Numbered from the stretch's first letter, positions 18,240 through 25,552 are shown. The stretch is DNA of 35,568 bases from Patescibacteria group bacterium (GCA_030917555.1 JAUPUN010000015.1:1-35568); one strand, 5' to 3'. Notes: generated by a model from the sequence alone, not told the origin. Made by a program: numbers and translations.

Positions 18240-18977
18240 ATGGCAATTTCAAATGAAGAAAATCTAATTCAAGAAATGATGAAAGCTGGTTTGCATTTTG
18301 GTCATAAAAAAACTTTTAACCATCCTAAAGCTAGCTATTTTATTGTTAAAAGTTATGAAGAGATAGCTGGTATTAATTTAGAAGAAACAGTAAAAGCTTT
18401 AAATCAAGCTTTAGAATTCTTGAAAGATACAGTAAGCAAGGGGGGGCAGATTCTTTTGGTAGGTACTAGGCCTGGTGCTAGAGAAGCGGTACAAAAATTA
18501 GCTCAAAAATATCATTTTCCTTACGTAAATGAACGCTGGTTAGGCGGCACTCTTACTAATTTTAAGACTTTAGCTCTAAGAATCAAAACCTTAAAAGATC
18601 TAGAAGAGCAAAAAGCAGCTGGAGAGTGGGAAAAATACACAAAAAAAGAACGCATTAAATTAGAAAAAGAATTAGAGCAATTACAGCGAAAATTTGCCGG
18701 TCTAAGAATTATGGAGAAATTACCTGCAGCTCTCTTAGTAGTAGATACTGGCGCTCATTTAGCAGCGGTAAGAGAAGCCAAAATTTTAGGCATTCCAGTG
18801 GTTGGTATTTTAGATACTGATGATGATCCTACTTTAATTGATTACCCCATACCAGCTAATGACAGTGCTAAATCAGCGATCGAATATCTTTTAAGCAAAA
18901 TCGAGATAGCTTTTCAAGAAGGAGCTACCTCTTTAGCTGCACCCAGTAATAACCAGCAAGAAATTAGAAATAATTAA
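18240..18977 (+). CDS. rpsB: 30S ribosomal protein S2
   Basis: AGLHFGH, RWLGGTLTNF, IPANDS. Confidence 0.97.
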   Translation: MAISNEENLIQEMMKAGLHFGHKKTFNHPKASYFIVKSYEEIAGINLEETVKALNQALEFLKDTVSKGGQILLVGTRPGAREAVQKLAQKYHFPYVNERWLGGTLTNFKTLALRIKTLKDLEEQKAAGEWEKYTKKERIKLEKELEQLQRKFAGLRIMEKLPAALLVVDTGAHLAAVREAKILGIPVVGILDTDDDPTLIDYPIPANDSAKSAIEYLLSKIEIAFQEGATSLAAPSNNQQEIRNN

Positions 18978-19000
18978 CTAAATTTAATAATTAAAGTAAT

Positions 19001-19585
19001 ATGATTTCAGCTCAAGATGTTTCAAAATTAAGAGAGGAAACTCAAGCCCCGGTAATGGAATGTAAACGTGCCTTAGAAGAGGCGCAGGGAGATTTTGAAA
19101 AAGCTAAAATGATTTTAAAGAAAAAGGGAGAATTAAGGGCAGAGAAAAAACAAGAGAATGTGACTCATAATGGGGTTATTGCTAGCTATGTTCATGCCAA
19201 TAATAAGGTAGGTGCTTTAGTAGAATTGCGCTGTGAGACAGATTTTGTAGCCAATAACTCAGAATTTAAAACCTTAGCTCATGATTTAGCTCTCCAAATA
19301 GTTGCTTTAAATCCCCAATATCTTTCACCAGAAACTATTCCTGCTGAGGAGTTAGAGAGAAGAAAAGAGGAATACCGAAAAGAATTTGAGGGAAGTGGAA
19401 AAAAACCAGAAATGATTGAAAAAATTATTCAAGGCAAGTTAGACAAAGATTTTCAGGAAGCCTGCCTTTTAGAACAAACCTTTGTGAAAGATGAAACTAA
19501 GAAAGTTAAAGATTTGATTAAAGAAGCAACAGCAAAATTCGGAGAAAAGGTAGAAATTGTTAATTTTTGTCGTCTTGAAATATAG
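19001..19585 (+). CDS. tsf: Elongation factor Ts (short form)
   Basis: LREET.A..MECKRAL, ELRCETDFVA; follows rpsB. Confidence 0.97.
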   Translation: MISAQDVSKLREETQAPVMECKRALEEAQGDFEKAKMILKKKGELRAEKKQENVTHNGVIASYVHANNKVGALVELRCETDFVANNSEFKTLAHDLALQIVALNPQYLSPETIPAEELERRKEEYRKEFEGSGKKPEMIEKIIQGKLDKDFQEACLLEQTFVKDETKKVKDLIKEATAKFGEKVEIVNFCRLEI

Positions 19586-19587
19586 CT

Positions 19588-20199
19588 ATGTTTAATTTGA
19601 TTCCTCCTCTTCTTCTTCTGATAGGTCTAGCAGGTTTAATTTTACTTTTACACCATCAAGAAAATATTATTTCTTCAGAGGAAGAATCAAAAACCTTTAC
19701 CACAAAAGAAAAGAAGGGTAAGAAGAAGTGGTTTGTAAATTCTGCGCAACTTGAAAATGCCAAAGCGAAGATAAAACATTTCTTTGAAAAAATTTTGATA
19801 AGATTAAGAATAATTGTTTTGAGAATGGATAGAATTTTACTGCATTCCCTCGAAACTTTAAGAGGTAAAAACCAATTAGAGAATCTAGAGGATCAAGAAA
19901 AAAGAAAAGGTTTGTTTAGAAAAAATAAGATTAACCTTAAACATTCTACTTTAGATTCTCAATTAGAAAAGATGGATTTAAGAGAGCAGGAGGAAAAACT
20001 ATTATTAAAAATTTTGCACGACGAAAGTAATTTTGATGATTTAGTAAATTTAGCTAGGTTATATCTTTTTGAAAAGGATTTTCCTTCTGCGAGGTGGGCC
20101 TTAATTCAAGCCTATCATTTAGAAGATAATAATAAGATTATCGAAGGTTTATTTTTAGAGCTGGAGGAGAAAGATTCTTCAGCCTTTCCATCGGAATAG
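19588..20199 (+). CDS. Hypothetical membrane-anchored protein with a C-terminal TPR-like repeat
   Basis: N-terminal hydrophobic helix; LVNLARLYLFEKDFPSARWALIQAYHLE resembles one TPR. Confidence 0.65.
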   Translation: MFNLIPPLLLLIGLAGLILLLHHQENIISSEEESKTFTTKEKKGKKKWFVNSAQLENAKAKIKHFFEKILIRLRIIVLRMDRILLHSLETLRGKNQLENLEDQEKRKGLFRKNKINLKHSTLDSQLEKMDLREQEEKLLLKILHDESNFDDLVNLARLYLFEKDFPSARWALIQAYHLEDNNKIIEGLFLELEEKDSSAFPSE

Positions 20200-20281
20200 C
20201 TTAAGAAAAGATCTGATCATTATTCATTTTGAGCCGAGATAGCTCAATGGTAGAGTAACTGTTTTGCGGAGCGAAGCGTAG

Positions 20282-20386
20282 CCCCCACACCAAGCCGCGC
20301 CACCTTAGCTCAATGGTAGAGCAACTGTTTTGTAAACAGTAGGTTCTCGGTTCAAATCCGGGAGGTGGCTCTGATTGGTGTGGGGG
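20282..20386. repeat. Perfect 12-bp inverted repeat bracketing the inner tRNA-Thr
   Basis: CCCCCACACCAA (20282-20293) and TTGGTGTGGGGG (20375-20386). Confidence 0.9.
20299..20370 (+). tRNA. tRNA-Thr(UGU), intact inner copy
   Basis: GCCACCT/AGGTGGC acceptor, GCTC/GAGC D-stem, ACTGT-TT TGT AA-ACAGT, CTCGG-TTCAAAT-CCGGG; no encoded CCA. Confidence 0.95.
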
Positions 20387-20474
20387 TAAAGTTGCGGGTT
20401 TAAATTCCCCTCTTGGCTCCTTGATAAGAGTAAAGGTACAATTGTGGACTGGAAGAAGAGAGTTAGTTTTTGAA

Positions 20475-20561
20475 GGGCAGGTGGCGGAGTAGACAAACGC
20501 ACGAGACTGTAAATCTCGCGGCCTTAGGCCTTCGTAGGTGCAAATCCTACCCTGCCCACCA
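20475..20561 (+). tRNA. tRNA-Tyr(GUA)
   Basis: GGGCAGG/CCTGCCC, CGAGA-CT GTA AA-TCTCG, long variable arm GGCC-TTA-GGCC, encoded CCA. Confidence 0.95.
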
Positions 20562-20581
20562 GTTTCTGTAATTTTTGTTCT

Positions 20582-20654
20582 GCCTGGATAGCTCAGTCGG
20601 TAGAGCACGTCTTTGGTAAAGACGAGGTCGGCGGTTCAATCCCGCCTCCAGGCT
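20582..20654 (+). tRNA. tRNA-Thr(GGU)
   Basis: GCCTGGA/TCCAGGC, CGTCT-TT GGT AA-AGACG, GGCGG-TTCAATC-CCGCC. Confidence 0.96.
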
Positions 20655-20681
20655 CCTCCTAATTATTTTTAAAATTTTAAT

Positions 20682-20840
20682 ATGAAAAAAGAGAATATCG
20701 TTAAATTGCAATGTACAGTTTGTAAACATATTAATTATTACGTTCATAAGAATAAAAAAACAGTGGAGCGTAAATTAGAATTCAAAAAATATTGTCCTTG
20801 GTGCAGAAAGCACACTCTTCATAAGGAAGGGAAGAAATAA
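20682..20840 (+). CDS. rpmG: 50S ribosomal protein L33 (absent from ORF track)
   Basis: Manual translation: MKKENIVKLQCTVCKHINYYVHKNKKTVERKLEFKKYCPWCRKHTLHKEGKK. Confidence 0.96.
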   Translation: MKKENIVKLQCTVCKHINYYVHKNKKTVERKLEFKKYCPWCRKHTLHKEGKK

Positions 20841-20845
20841 CTTCT

Positions 20846-20918
20846 AGGGGCGTAGCTCAATTGGTAGAGTAGCGGTCTCCAAAACCGTTGGTTGCAGGTT
20901 CGAGTCCTGCCGCCCCTG
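20846..20918 (+). tRNA. tRNA-Trp(CCA)
   Basis: AGGGGCG/CGCCCCT, GCGGT-CT CCA AA-ACCGT, GCAGG-TTCGAGT-CCTGC. Confidence 0.96.
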
Positions 20919-20950
20919 CTTTTTCTAAAGATTCAGCAGCTCGGTTTACT

Positions 20951-20985
20951 CTTTAAAAAGTCTCATTCAGTGAGACTTTTTAAAG
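20951..20985 (+). terminator. Intrinsic terminator of the tRNA cluster
   Basis: Perfect 15-bp inverted repeat CTTTAAAAAGTCTCA-TTCAG-TGAGACTTTTTAAAG. Confidence 0.8.
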
Positions 20986-21021
20986 TTGATGGAATAAGTT
21001 TATTTTAAAAGATAACCTAAC

Positions 21022-21050
21022 TTGAATTTGGGGTGTTATTATGATATGAT
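21022..21050 (+). promoter_or_regulatory. sigma70 promoter
   Basis: TTGAAT-17-TATGAT with extended TG. Confidence 0.6.
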
Positions 21051-21098
21051 ACTAATAATTAAAAATGGAGAAATAATAAATAATTAAATAATAAAATT

Positions 21099-22082
21099 AT
21101 GAAAGAAAGCTTACGAAAATATTGGAATTTGCTCTTAGCTATTATTTTAATAGCAGCTATTTTTATTGGCTCTGGCAGTCAAATGAGTGGAGCTAGTAGT
21201 ATTTTTAGTGGCCCCAGTAAGGCTGTTGCTCAAAAAGCTATTGATTTTATTAATAGCAACGGGTTAGCAGGCGAAGGCCAAACAGCAACTTTAGAGGAAG
21301 TAAAAGAAGTAAGTGGTCTGTATGAATTTAAGCTGAAGATTGGTGATCAAGAATATACTTCTTATGTGACAAAAGATGGAAAGATATTATTTACTTCTGG
21401 TATTAACATGGCTCTGATTTCTCAGCAAACTACTCCTACCACAGTGGCTGCCAAAACTTGTACTGATTTAACTAAAGCTGAGAAACCTCTTTTAGAGGCT
21501 TTTGTAGTTTCTCAATGTCCTTTTGGCGTACAAATGCAGAGGATGTTGGTAGAGATGGTTAAAAATATTCCTCAACTAGCTCAGTTTGTTAAGATAGAAT
21601 ATTTAGGTAGTATTGAAAATGGTAAAGTTACTTCTATGCACGGAGACGAAGAGGCTCAAGAGAATTTACGTCAAGTATGTTTGAGAGAAGAGCAACCAGA
21701 TACTTTTTGGACTTATTTAAGTTGCCATATTAAAAAAGGAGACGTTGATTCTTGTTTAACTGAAGCTAAAGCAGACCAAGTAAAATTACAATCTTGTTTA
21801 ACTGATCCTCAAAAAGGTTTAGCTTATATTCAAAAAGATTTCGAAAGGCAAAATCAGTTTGGAGTAACAGGTTCTCCTACTTTAGTTCTTAATGATAGCG
21901 AAGTAAGTGAATTTGATTTTGGTGGTAGAACAGCTGAGGCAATTAAGACTGTGCTTTGTTGTGGTTTTTCTCAAGAACCTGGAGTTTGCTCTCAAAAGTT
22001 GACTACTGAACAAGCTGCCACTAGCTACTCAGAAACTTATCAGGCAAGTGGTTCTTCTAATGCTAGCGGTGGTTGTAACTAA
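21099..22082 (+). CDS. Exported Cys-rich thioredoxin-fold protein (DsbC/DsbA-like, SxCP site)
   Basis: Signal/TM, YVTKDGKILF (DsbC N-domain-like), FVVSQCPFG, SMHG.EE..EN.RQ.C, GVTGSPTL. Confidence 0.7.
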   Translation: MKESLRKYWNLLLAIILIAAIFIGSGSQMSGASSIFSGPSKAVAQKAIDFINSNGLAGEGQTATLEEVKEVSGLYEFKLKIGDQEYTSYVTKDGKILFTSGINMALISQQTTPTTVAAKTCTDLTKAEKPLLEAFVVSQCPFGVQMQRMLVEMVKNIPQLAQFVKIEYLGSIENGKVTSMHGDEEAQENLRQVCLREEQPDTFWTYLSCHIKKGDVDSCLTEAKADQVKLQSCLTDPQKGLAYIQKDFERQNQFGVTGSPTLVLNDSEVSEFDFGGRTAEAIKTVLCCGFSQEPGVCSQKLTTEQAATSYSETYQASGSSNASGGCN

Positions 22083-22099
22083 AGTTCTCTTTAATCTTC

Positions 22100-22813
22100 A
22101 TGGAAGATAAAAACCGGGCGCTGCTTTCTATTTATCCAGGAGCAGGTGGTAAAGATGCAGAAGATTGGGCTTTAATGCTTTTGAAGATGTATCAGAAATA
22201 TGCAGAAAAAAAAGGATGGCAGTTTAAGATTTTAGACAGAAAAGATAATGAATACGGCGGTTTAAAAGTTGCTACCATAGAAATTTTAGGAGAAAACGCT
22301 TATGAGATTTTGAAGAAAGAAAATGGGGTACATCGCTTAGTTAGGATTTCTCCCTTTTCCAGTCAGCATTTAAGACATACTTCCTTTGCCTTAGTAGAAG
22401 TCTTACCAATTATTGAAGTTAAGGAAATTCCTATTAAGGAAGAAGATTTAATAATAGAAACTTTTCGTTCCTCTGGTCCTGGTGGTCAAAATGTTCAAAA
22501 ACTAGAAACAGCAGTGAGACTTACTCATAAGCCAACTGGAATAATGGTGAGCTGTCAATCAGAAAGGTCACAATTTCAAAATAAGGAGAAAGCTTTGGAA
22601 ATTTTAAGAGGTAAATTATATCAATTAGCTAAACAAGAAAAAGCAAAAACTTTAGAGGAATTAAAGGGCAAAAAAATAAAAATAGAATGGGGTAACCAAA
22701 TTCGTTCTTATATTTTGCATCCTTATCAATTAATTCGCGATGAAAAAACAGGAAAAAAATGGTCTAATATCGTCGAGCAAGTTTTAGAGGGAAATTTGGA
22801 TTTAATCTCGTAA
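22100..22813 (+). CDS. prfB: Peptide chain release factor 2 lacking N-terminal domain 1
   Basis: PGAGG...DWA.ML..MY, GVHRLVRISPF (SPF), RHTSF, GGQ, WGNQIRSYILHPY; 237 aa. Confidence 0.9.
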   Translation: MEDKNRALLSIYPGAGGKDAEDWALMLLKMYQKYAEKKGWQFKILDRKDNEYGGLKVATIEILGENAYEILKKENGVHRLVRISPFSSQHLRHTSFALVEVLPIIEVKEIPIKEEDLIIETFRSSGPGGQNVQKLETAVRLTHKPTGIMVSCQSERSQFQNKEKALEILRGKLYQLAKQEKAKTLEELKGKKIKIEWGNQIRSYILHPYQLIRDEKTGKKWSNIVEQVLEGNLDLIS

Positions 22814-22815
22814 TT

Positions 22816-23499
22816 ATGAGTTTAGTTTACTTTAAAAATGTTTCTAAGAGCTATAATGGTTTTTTAATATTGGATAATATTACCTTTACCATGGAAGCCG
22901 GGGAATTTGTTTCTTTAGTAGGCCGTTCTGGAGTAGGTAAAACTACCTTATTGAAAATGCTCATCAGAGAAGAATTGCCTACCAAGGGTAAGATTTATTT
23001 TAATGAGAGAGATATTGCAAAATTAAAAGGAGCCGAGCTAGCTTTATTAAGACGTAAAATTGGAGTAGTTTTTCAAGATTTTAAGTTATTAGCTGATCGT
23101 ACTGCCTTTGAAAACGTAGCTTTCGCCATGGAAGTGGCAGGTTATTCAGAAGAAGATATTAAAAAAGACGTACCAGAAGTGTTAAAATTAGTTAATCTGC
23201 AAGATAAAGCAGATCATTTTCCTCATCAGCTTTCTGCCGGAGAAAGGCAAAGGACAGTAATTGCTCGAGCCTTGATTCAAAGACCAGAATTAATTCTAGC
23301 TGATGAGCCTACTGGTAATCTTGATCCTATTAATACTTGGGAAATTATTAAATTATTGGTTAAAATTAATGAATTAGGTACTGCTGTGCTTCTGGCTACT
23401 CACGACAAAGAAATTGTTAATACTTTAGGAAGAAGGGTTATTAGTTTAGAAAATGGTAAAATTATTAGAGACGAGCAAGAAGGTAAATATCTTATTTAA
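22816..23499 (+). CDS. ftsE: Cell division ATP-binding protein FtsE
   Basis: GRSGVGKTT, IGVVFQDFKLL, ADEPTGNLDP; prfB-ftsE-ftsX order. Confidence 0.95.
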   Translation: MSLVYFKNVSKSYNGFLILDNITFTMEAGEFVSLVGRSGVGKTTLLKMLIREELPTKGKIYFNERDIAKLKGAELALLRRKIGVVFQDFKLLADRTAFENVAFAMEVAGYSEEDIKKDVPEVLKLVNLQDKADHFPHQLSAGERQRTVIARALIQRPELILADEPTGNLDPINTWEIIKLLVKINELGTAVLLATHDKEIVNTLGRRVISLENGKIIRDEQEGKYLI

Positions 23500-23518
23500 A
23501 ATAATTTTATTTAAAACA

Positions 23519-24427
23519 ATGATAGCTAATTTAAAGCGAATTATTCAAACAGCCTGGAAGGGGTTAACTAGAAATAAATGGTTATCAGTAGCTTGTATTA
23601 CCATGATGGTTTTAAGTTTAATAATTTTTACTTCCATTCTGCTCTTTAATTATGCCGCCAATACTTTAATTCGCACCTTGCAAGATAAAATGGATATTAG
23701 TATTTATTTTAAAGCTGAAATACCAGAAGAAGATATCTTAAAAATCAGAGATGAATTGCTTGGCAATGAATTAATTGCCAAAATTGATTATGTTTCTAAA
23801 GATGAAGCTCTCGCTGCTTTTAAAGAAAAAAGTAAATATAATCCTACTATTCAGAAGGCTTTGGAGGTTTTAGGAGATAATCCTTTAACGGCTTCTTTAA
23901 ATATTAAAGCTAAATCTACAGCTGATTATTCCAAGATCGTGGAAGATATTAATAATTCTGCATTTAAAGATAAATTAGAAACAATTAATTTGACTGAAAA
24001 TCAAAAAATTGTTTCTCAAGTAGATCGTTTAGCTAAAGCAGTCAAAATTGGTTCAGGGGTAGCTATTCTCCTTTTGGCTTTTCTTAGTTTTATCATTAGT
24101 TTTAATACTATCAGGATGGCCATTTATTCCCTAAAGGAGGAGATAGAAATTATGAAATTAGTGGGAGGTTCTAATTGGTTAATTCGTGGACCTTTTCTGC
24201 TCGAAGGCTTATTGCAAGGTTTAATAGCATCTTTTATCACTACTTTAATTATTTCTTTGGTTATTTTGTCTTTTGGCGCTAAAATTGAAAACTTTTTGCC
24301 AGGAATAGGTTTAGTATCTTATTTTTGGTCTCATTTTTGGTTTCTTTTTATGCTTCAAACTGTCTTTGGTTTAGTTTTGGGTTTAGTGTCTAGTTTTTGG
24401 GCCTTAAATCATTATTTGAAAGTATAA
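23519..24427 (+). CDS. ftsX: Cell division permease FtsX
   Basis: YVSKDEAL, NPL, NTIRMAI...EIEIMKLVG, IRGPFLLEG. Confidence 0.95.
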   Translation: MIANLKRIIQTAWKGLTRNKWLSVACITMMVLSLIIFTSILLFNYAANTLIRTLQDKMDISIYFKAEIPEEDILKIRDELLGNELIAKIDYVSKDEALAAFKEKSKYNPTIQKALEVLGDNPLTASLNIKAKSTADYSKIVEDINNSAFKDKLETINLTENQKIVSQVDRLAKAVKIGSGVAILLLAFLSFIISFNTIRMAIYSLKEEIEIMKLVGGSNWLIRGPFLLEGLLQGLIASFITTLIISLVILSFGAKIENFLPGIGLVSYFWSHFWFLFMLQTVFGLVLGLVSSFWALNHYLKV

Positions 24428-24433
24428 CTTTAT

Positions 24434-24504
24434 TGCGGGGTGGTGTAATGGTAGCACAGAGGCCTTTGGAGCCTTTGATCTTGGTTCGAATCCAAGCCCC
24501 GCAG
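24434..24504 (+). tRNA. tRNA-Gln(UUG)
   Basis: TGCGGGG/CCCCGCA (U1-A72, the GatCAB determinant), GAGGC-CT TTG GA-GCCTT, CTTGG-TTCGAAT-CCAAG. Confidence 0.95.
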
Positions 24505-24635
24505 CTATCCTTTGCTAAAGCTACGGAATAGCATTAACTAAAATAAAATGATTTTCCTAGGAAGAGAAAGGTCAATACGCAGCTTGAGCGGAGTATCACC
24601 AAGCTCCACAGCCAATTAATTATTGTAAGATTTTA

Positions 24636-25310
24636 ATGAAGACTTTAGTTGTTGGTCAACAAAAACGAGAAATAGAACGTTTGCTGAAACGAATAGGTTT
24701 TAAAATAGTAGCCAACAAGCCAGATTTTGTATTTAGCTATGGCGGTGATGGAACTTTGCTCAGAGCAGAATTCTTATTTCCCGGCGTGCCAAAAGTAATT
24801 TTAAGGAAGAGCTCAGTTTGTAAACTCTGCTCACCTTTATCTAATGAAGAGATTATAAAAAGAATTCACCAAAAGAATTTTTCTTTGCGAGAATTTTGGA
24901 AATTGGACGCTATTTTTGGAGCAGATCATCTTGTCGCTCTGAATGAGATTGTAATTCATAATAAAAATCCTCAGCATGGTATTAGGTATCGAGTATTTTT
25001 AGATAAGACAGATTTGGGCAAAGAATTCATCGGCGATGGATTAGTGGTAGCTACTCCCTTTGGCTCAACTGGTTATTATCGGAGTATTACTGATAGCTAT
25101 TTTGAATTAGGTATTGGAATAGCATTTAATAATAGTACCGAACAAGCTGATTCTTTAGTAGTAAAAGAGCAAAGGCAAATAAAAGTTTTAATTACGAGAG
25201 GTCCAGCTCTTCTTTATGCTGATAATCAAACTAAGATTATTAACTTAAAAGAACAGGATCTCGTTTTAATTAAAAAATCCTCTCAAGTGGCTAGAATTGT
25301 AAAATTTTAA
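24636..25310 (+). CDS. nadK: NAD(+) kinase family protein
   Basis: GGDGT, ALNE, GDGLVVATPFGSTGY. Confidence 0.85.
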   Translation: MKTLVVGQQKREIERLLKRIGFKIVANKPDFVFSYGGDGTLLRAEFLFPGVPKVILRKSSVCKLCSPLSNEEIIKRIHQKNFSLREFWKLDAIFGADHLVALNEIVIHNKNPQHGIRYRVFLDKTDLGKEFIGDGLVVATPFGSTGYYRSITDSYFELGIGIAFNNSTEQADSLVVKEQRQIKVLITRGPALLYADNQTKIINLKEQDLVLIKKSSQVARIVKF

Positions 25311-25320
25311 TTTGCAAAAT

Positions 25321-25348
25321 AAATAAAAAAGACCCTTTTTAGGTCTTT
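25321..25348 (-). terminator. Intrinsic terminator (T-tract best on - strand, possibly bidirectional)
   Basis: - strand AAAGACC-TAAAAAG-GGTCTTT-TTTATTT. Confidence 0.6.
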
Positions 25349-25466
25349 AAATATTATTAAATAGTCTGTCTTTGTCAAAGTGCAAAATAGTTAGCTGCGG
25401 AAGGAGGAACTCTTTCCCACTTGGTTCCTCCTTCCTTAACCTTGATCGCTTGAAGGAGGCTCAAGT
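25321..25466 (-). ncRNA. Candidate ~145-nt small RNA of unknown family
   Basis: Own promoter TTGCTA(25501-25496)-17-TAAAAT(25478-25473) with extended TG, perfect 12-bp stem 25399-25410/25424-25435, 5' hairpin 25449-25465, terminator. Confidence 0.5.
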
Positions 25467-25552
25467 ATTATAATTTTATCAAATTTCTTGAAGATTAGCA
25501 AGAGTTAGCCCTTAAGTGAGTTAGTGAGAGCTGTAATGATAATTATAATTTT

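Larger units (their letters stand above)
20233..20418 (+). pseudogene. Outer degenerate tRNA-Thr(UGU)-like shell, split at the anticodon by a 120-bp insert
   Basis: 5' half 20233-20266 (GCCGAGA TA GCTC AATGGTA GAGT A ACTGT TT TG); 3' half 20387-20418 (TAAA GTT GCGGG TTTAAAT TCCCC TCTTGGC T); acceptor GCCGAGA pairs with TCTTGGC. Confidence 0.75.

Noticed and set aside
20233-20370. Simple tandem duplication or integrase att-site duplication
   Set aside because: Acceptor and T stems differ between copies, the halves flank the inner tRNA on both sides, and no integrase is nearby
20267-20386. Group I or bulge-helix-bulge intron in tRNA-Thr
   Set aside because: Only ~48 nt remain outside the inner tRNA, too little for a group I core; no BHB motif is evident and the ligated exons lack the 3' anticodon strand
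20201-20747. Minus-strand ORFs 20201-20608, 20305-20502 and 20547-20747
   Set aside because: Antisense shadows of tRNA genes and rpmG
22089-22094. CTT TAA upstream of prfB as a +1 frameshift site
   Set aside because: A +1 shift gives a frame out of register with ATG 22100, the site lies after the upstream gene's stop, and no RF2 N-terminal ORF exists
25321-25466. tmRNA, SRP RNA or canonical 6S RNA
   Set aside because: No tRNA-like ends or tag ending in AA, no SRP helix-8 motif, and no convincing 5'-3' closing stem on the promoter strand; left as unknown
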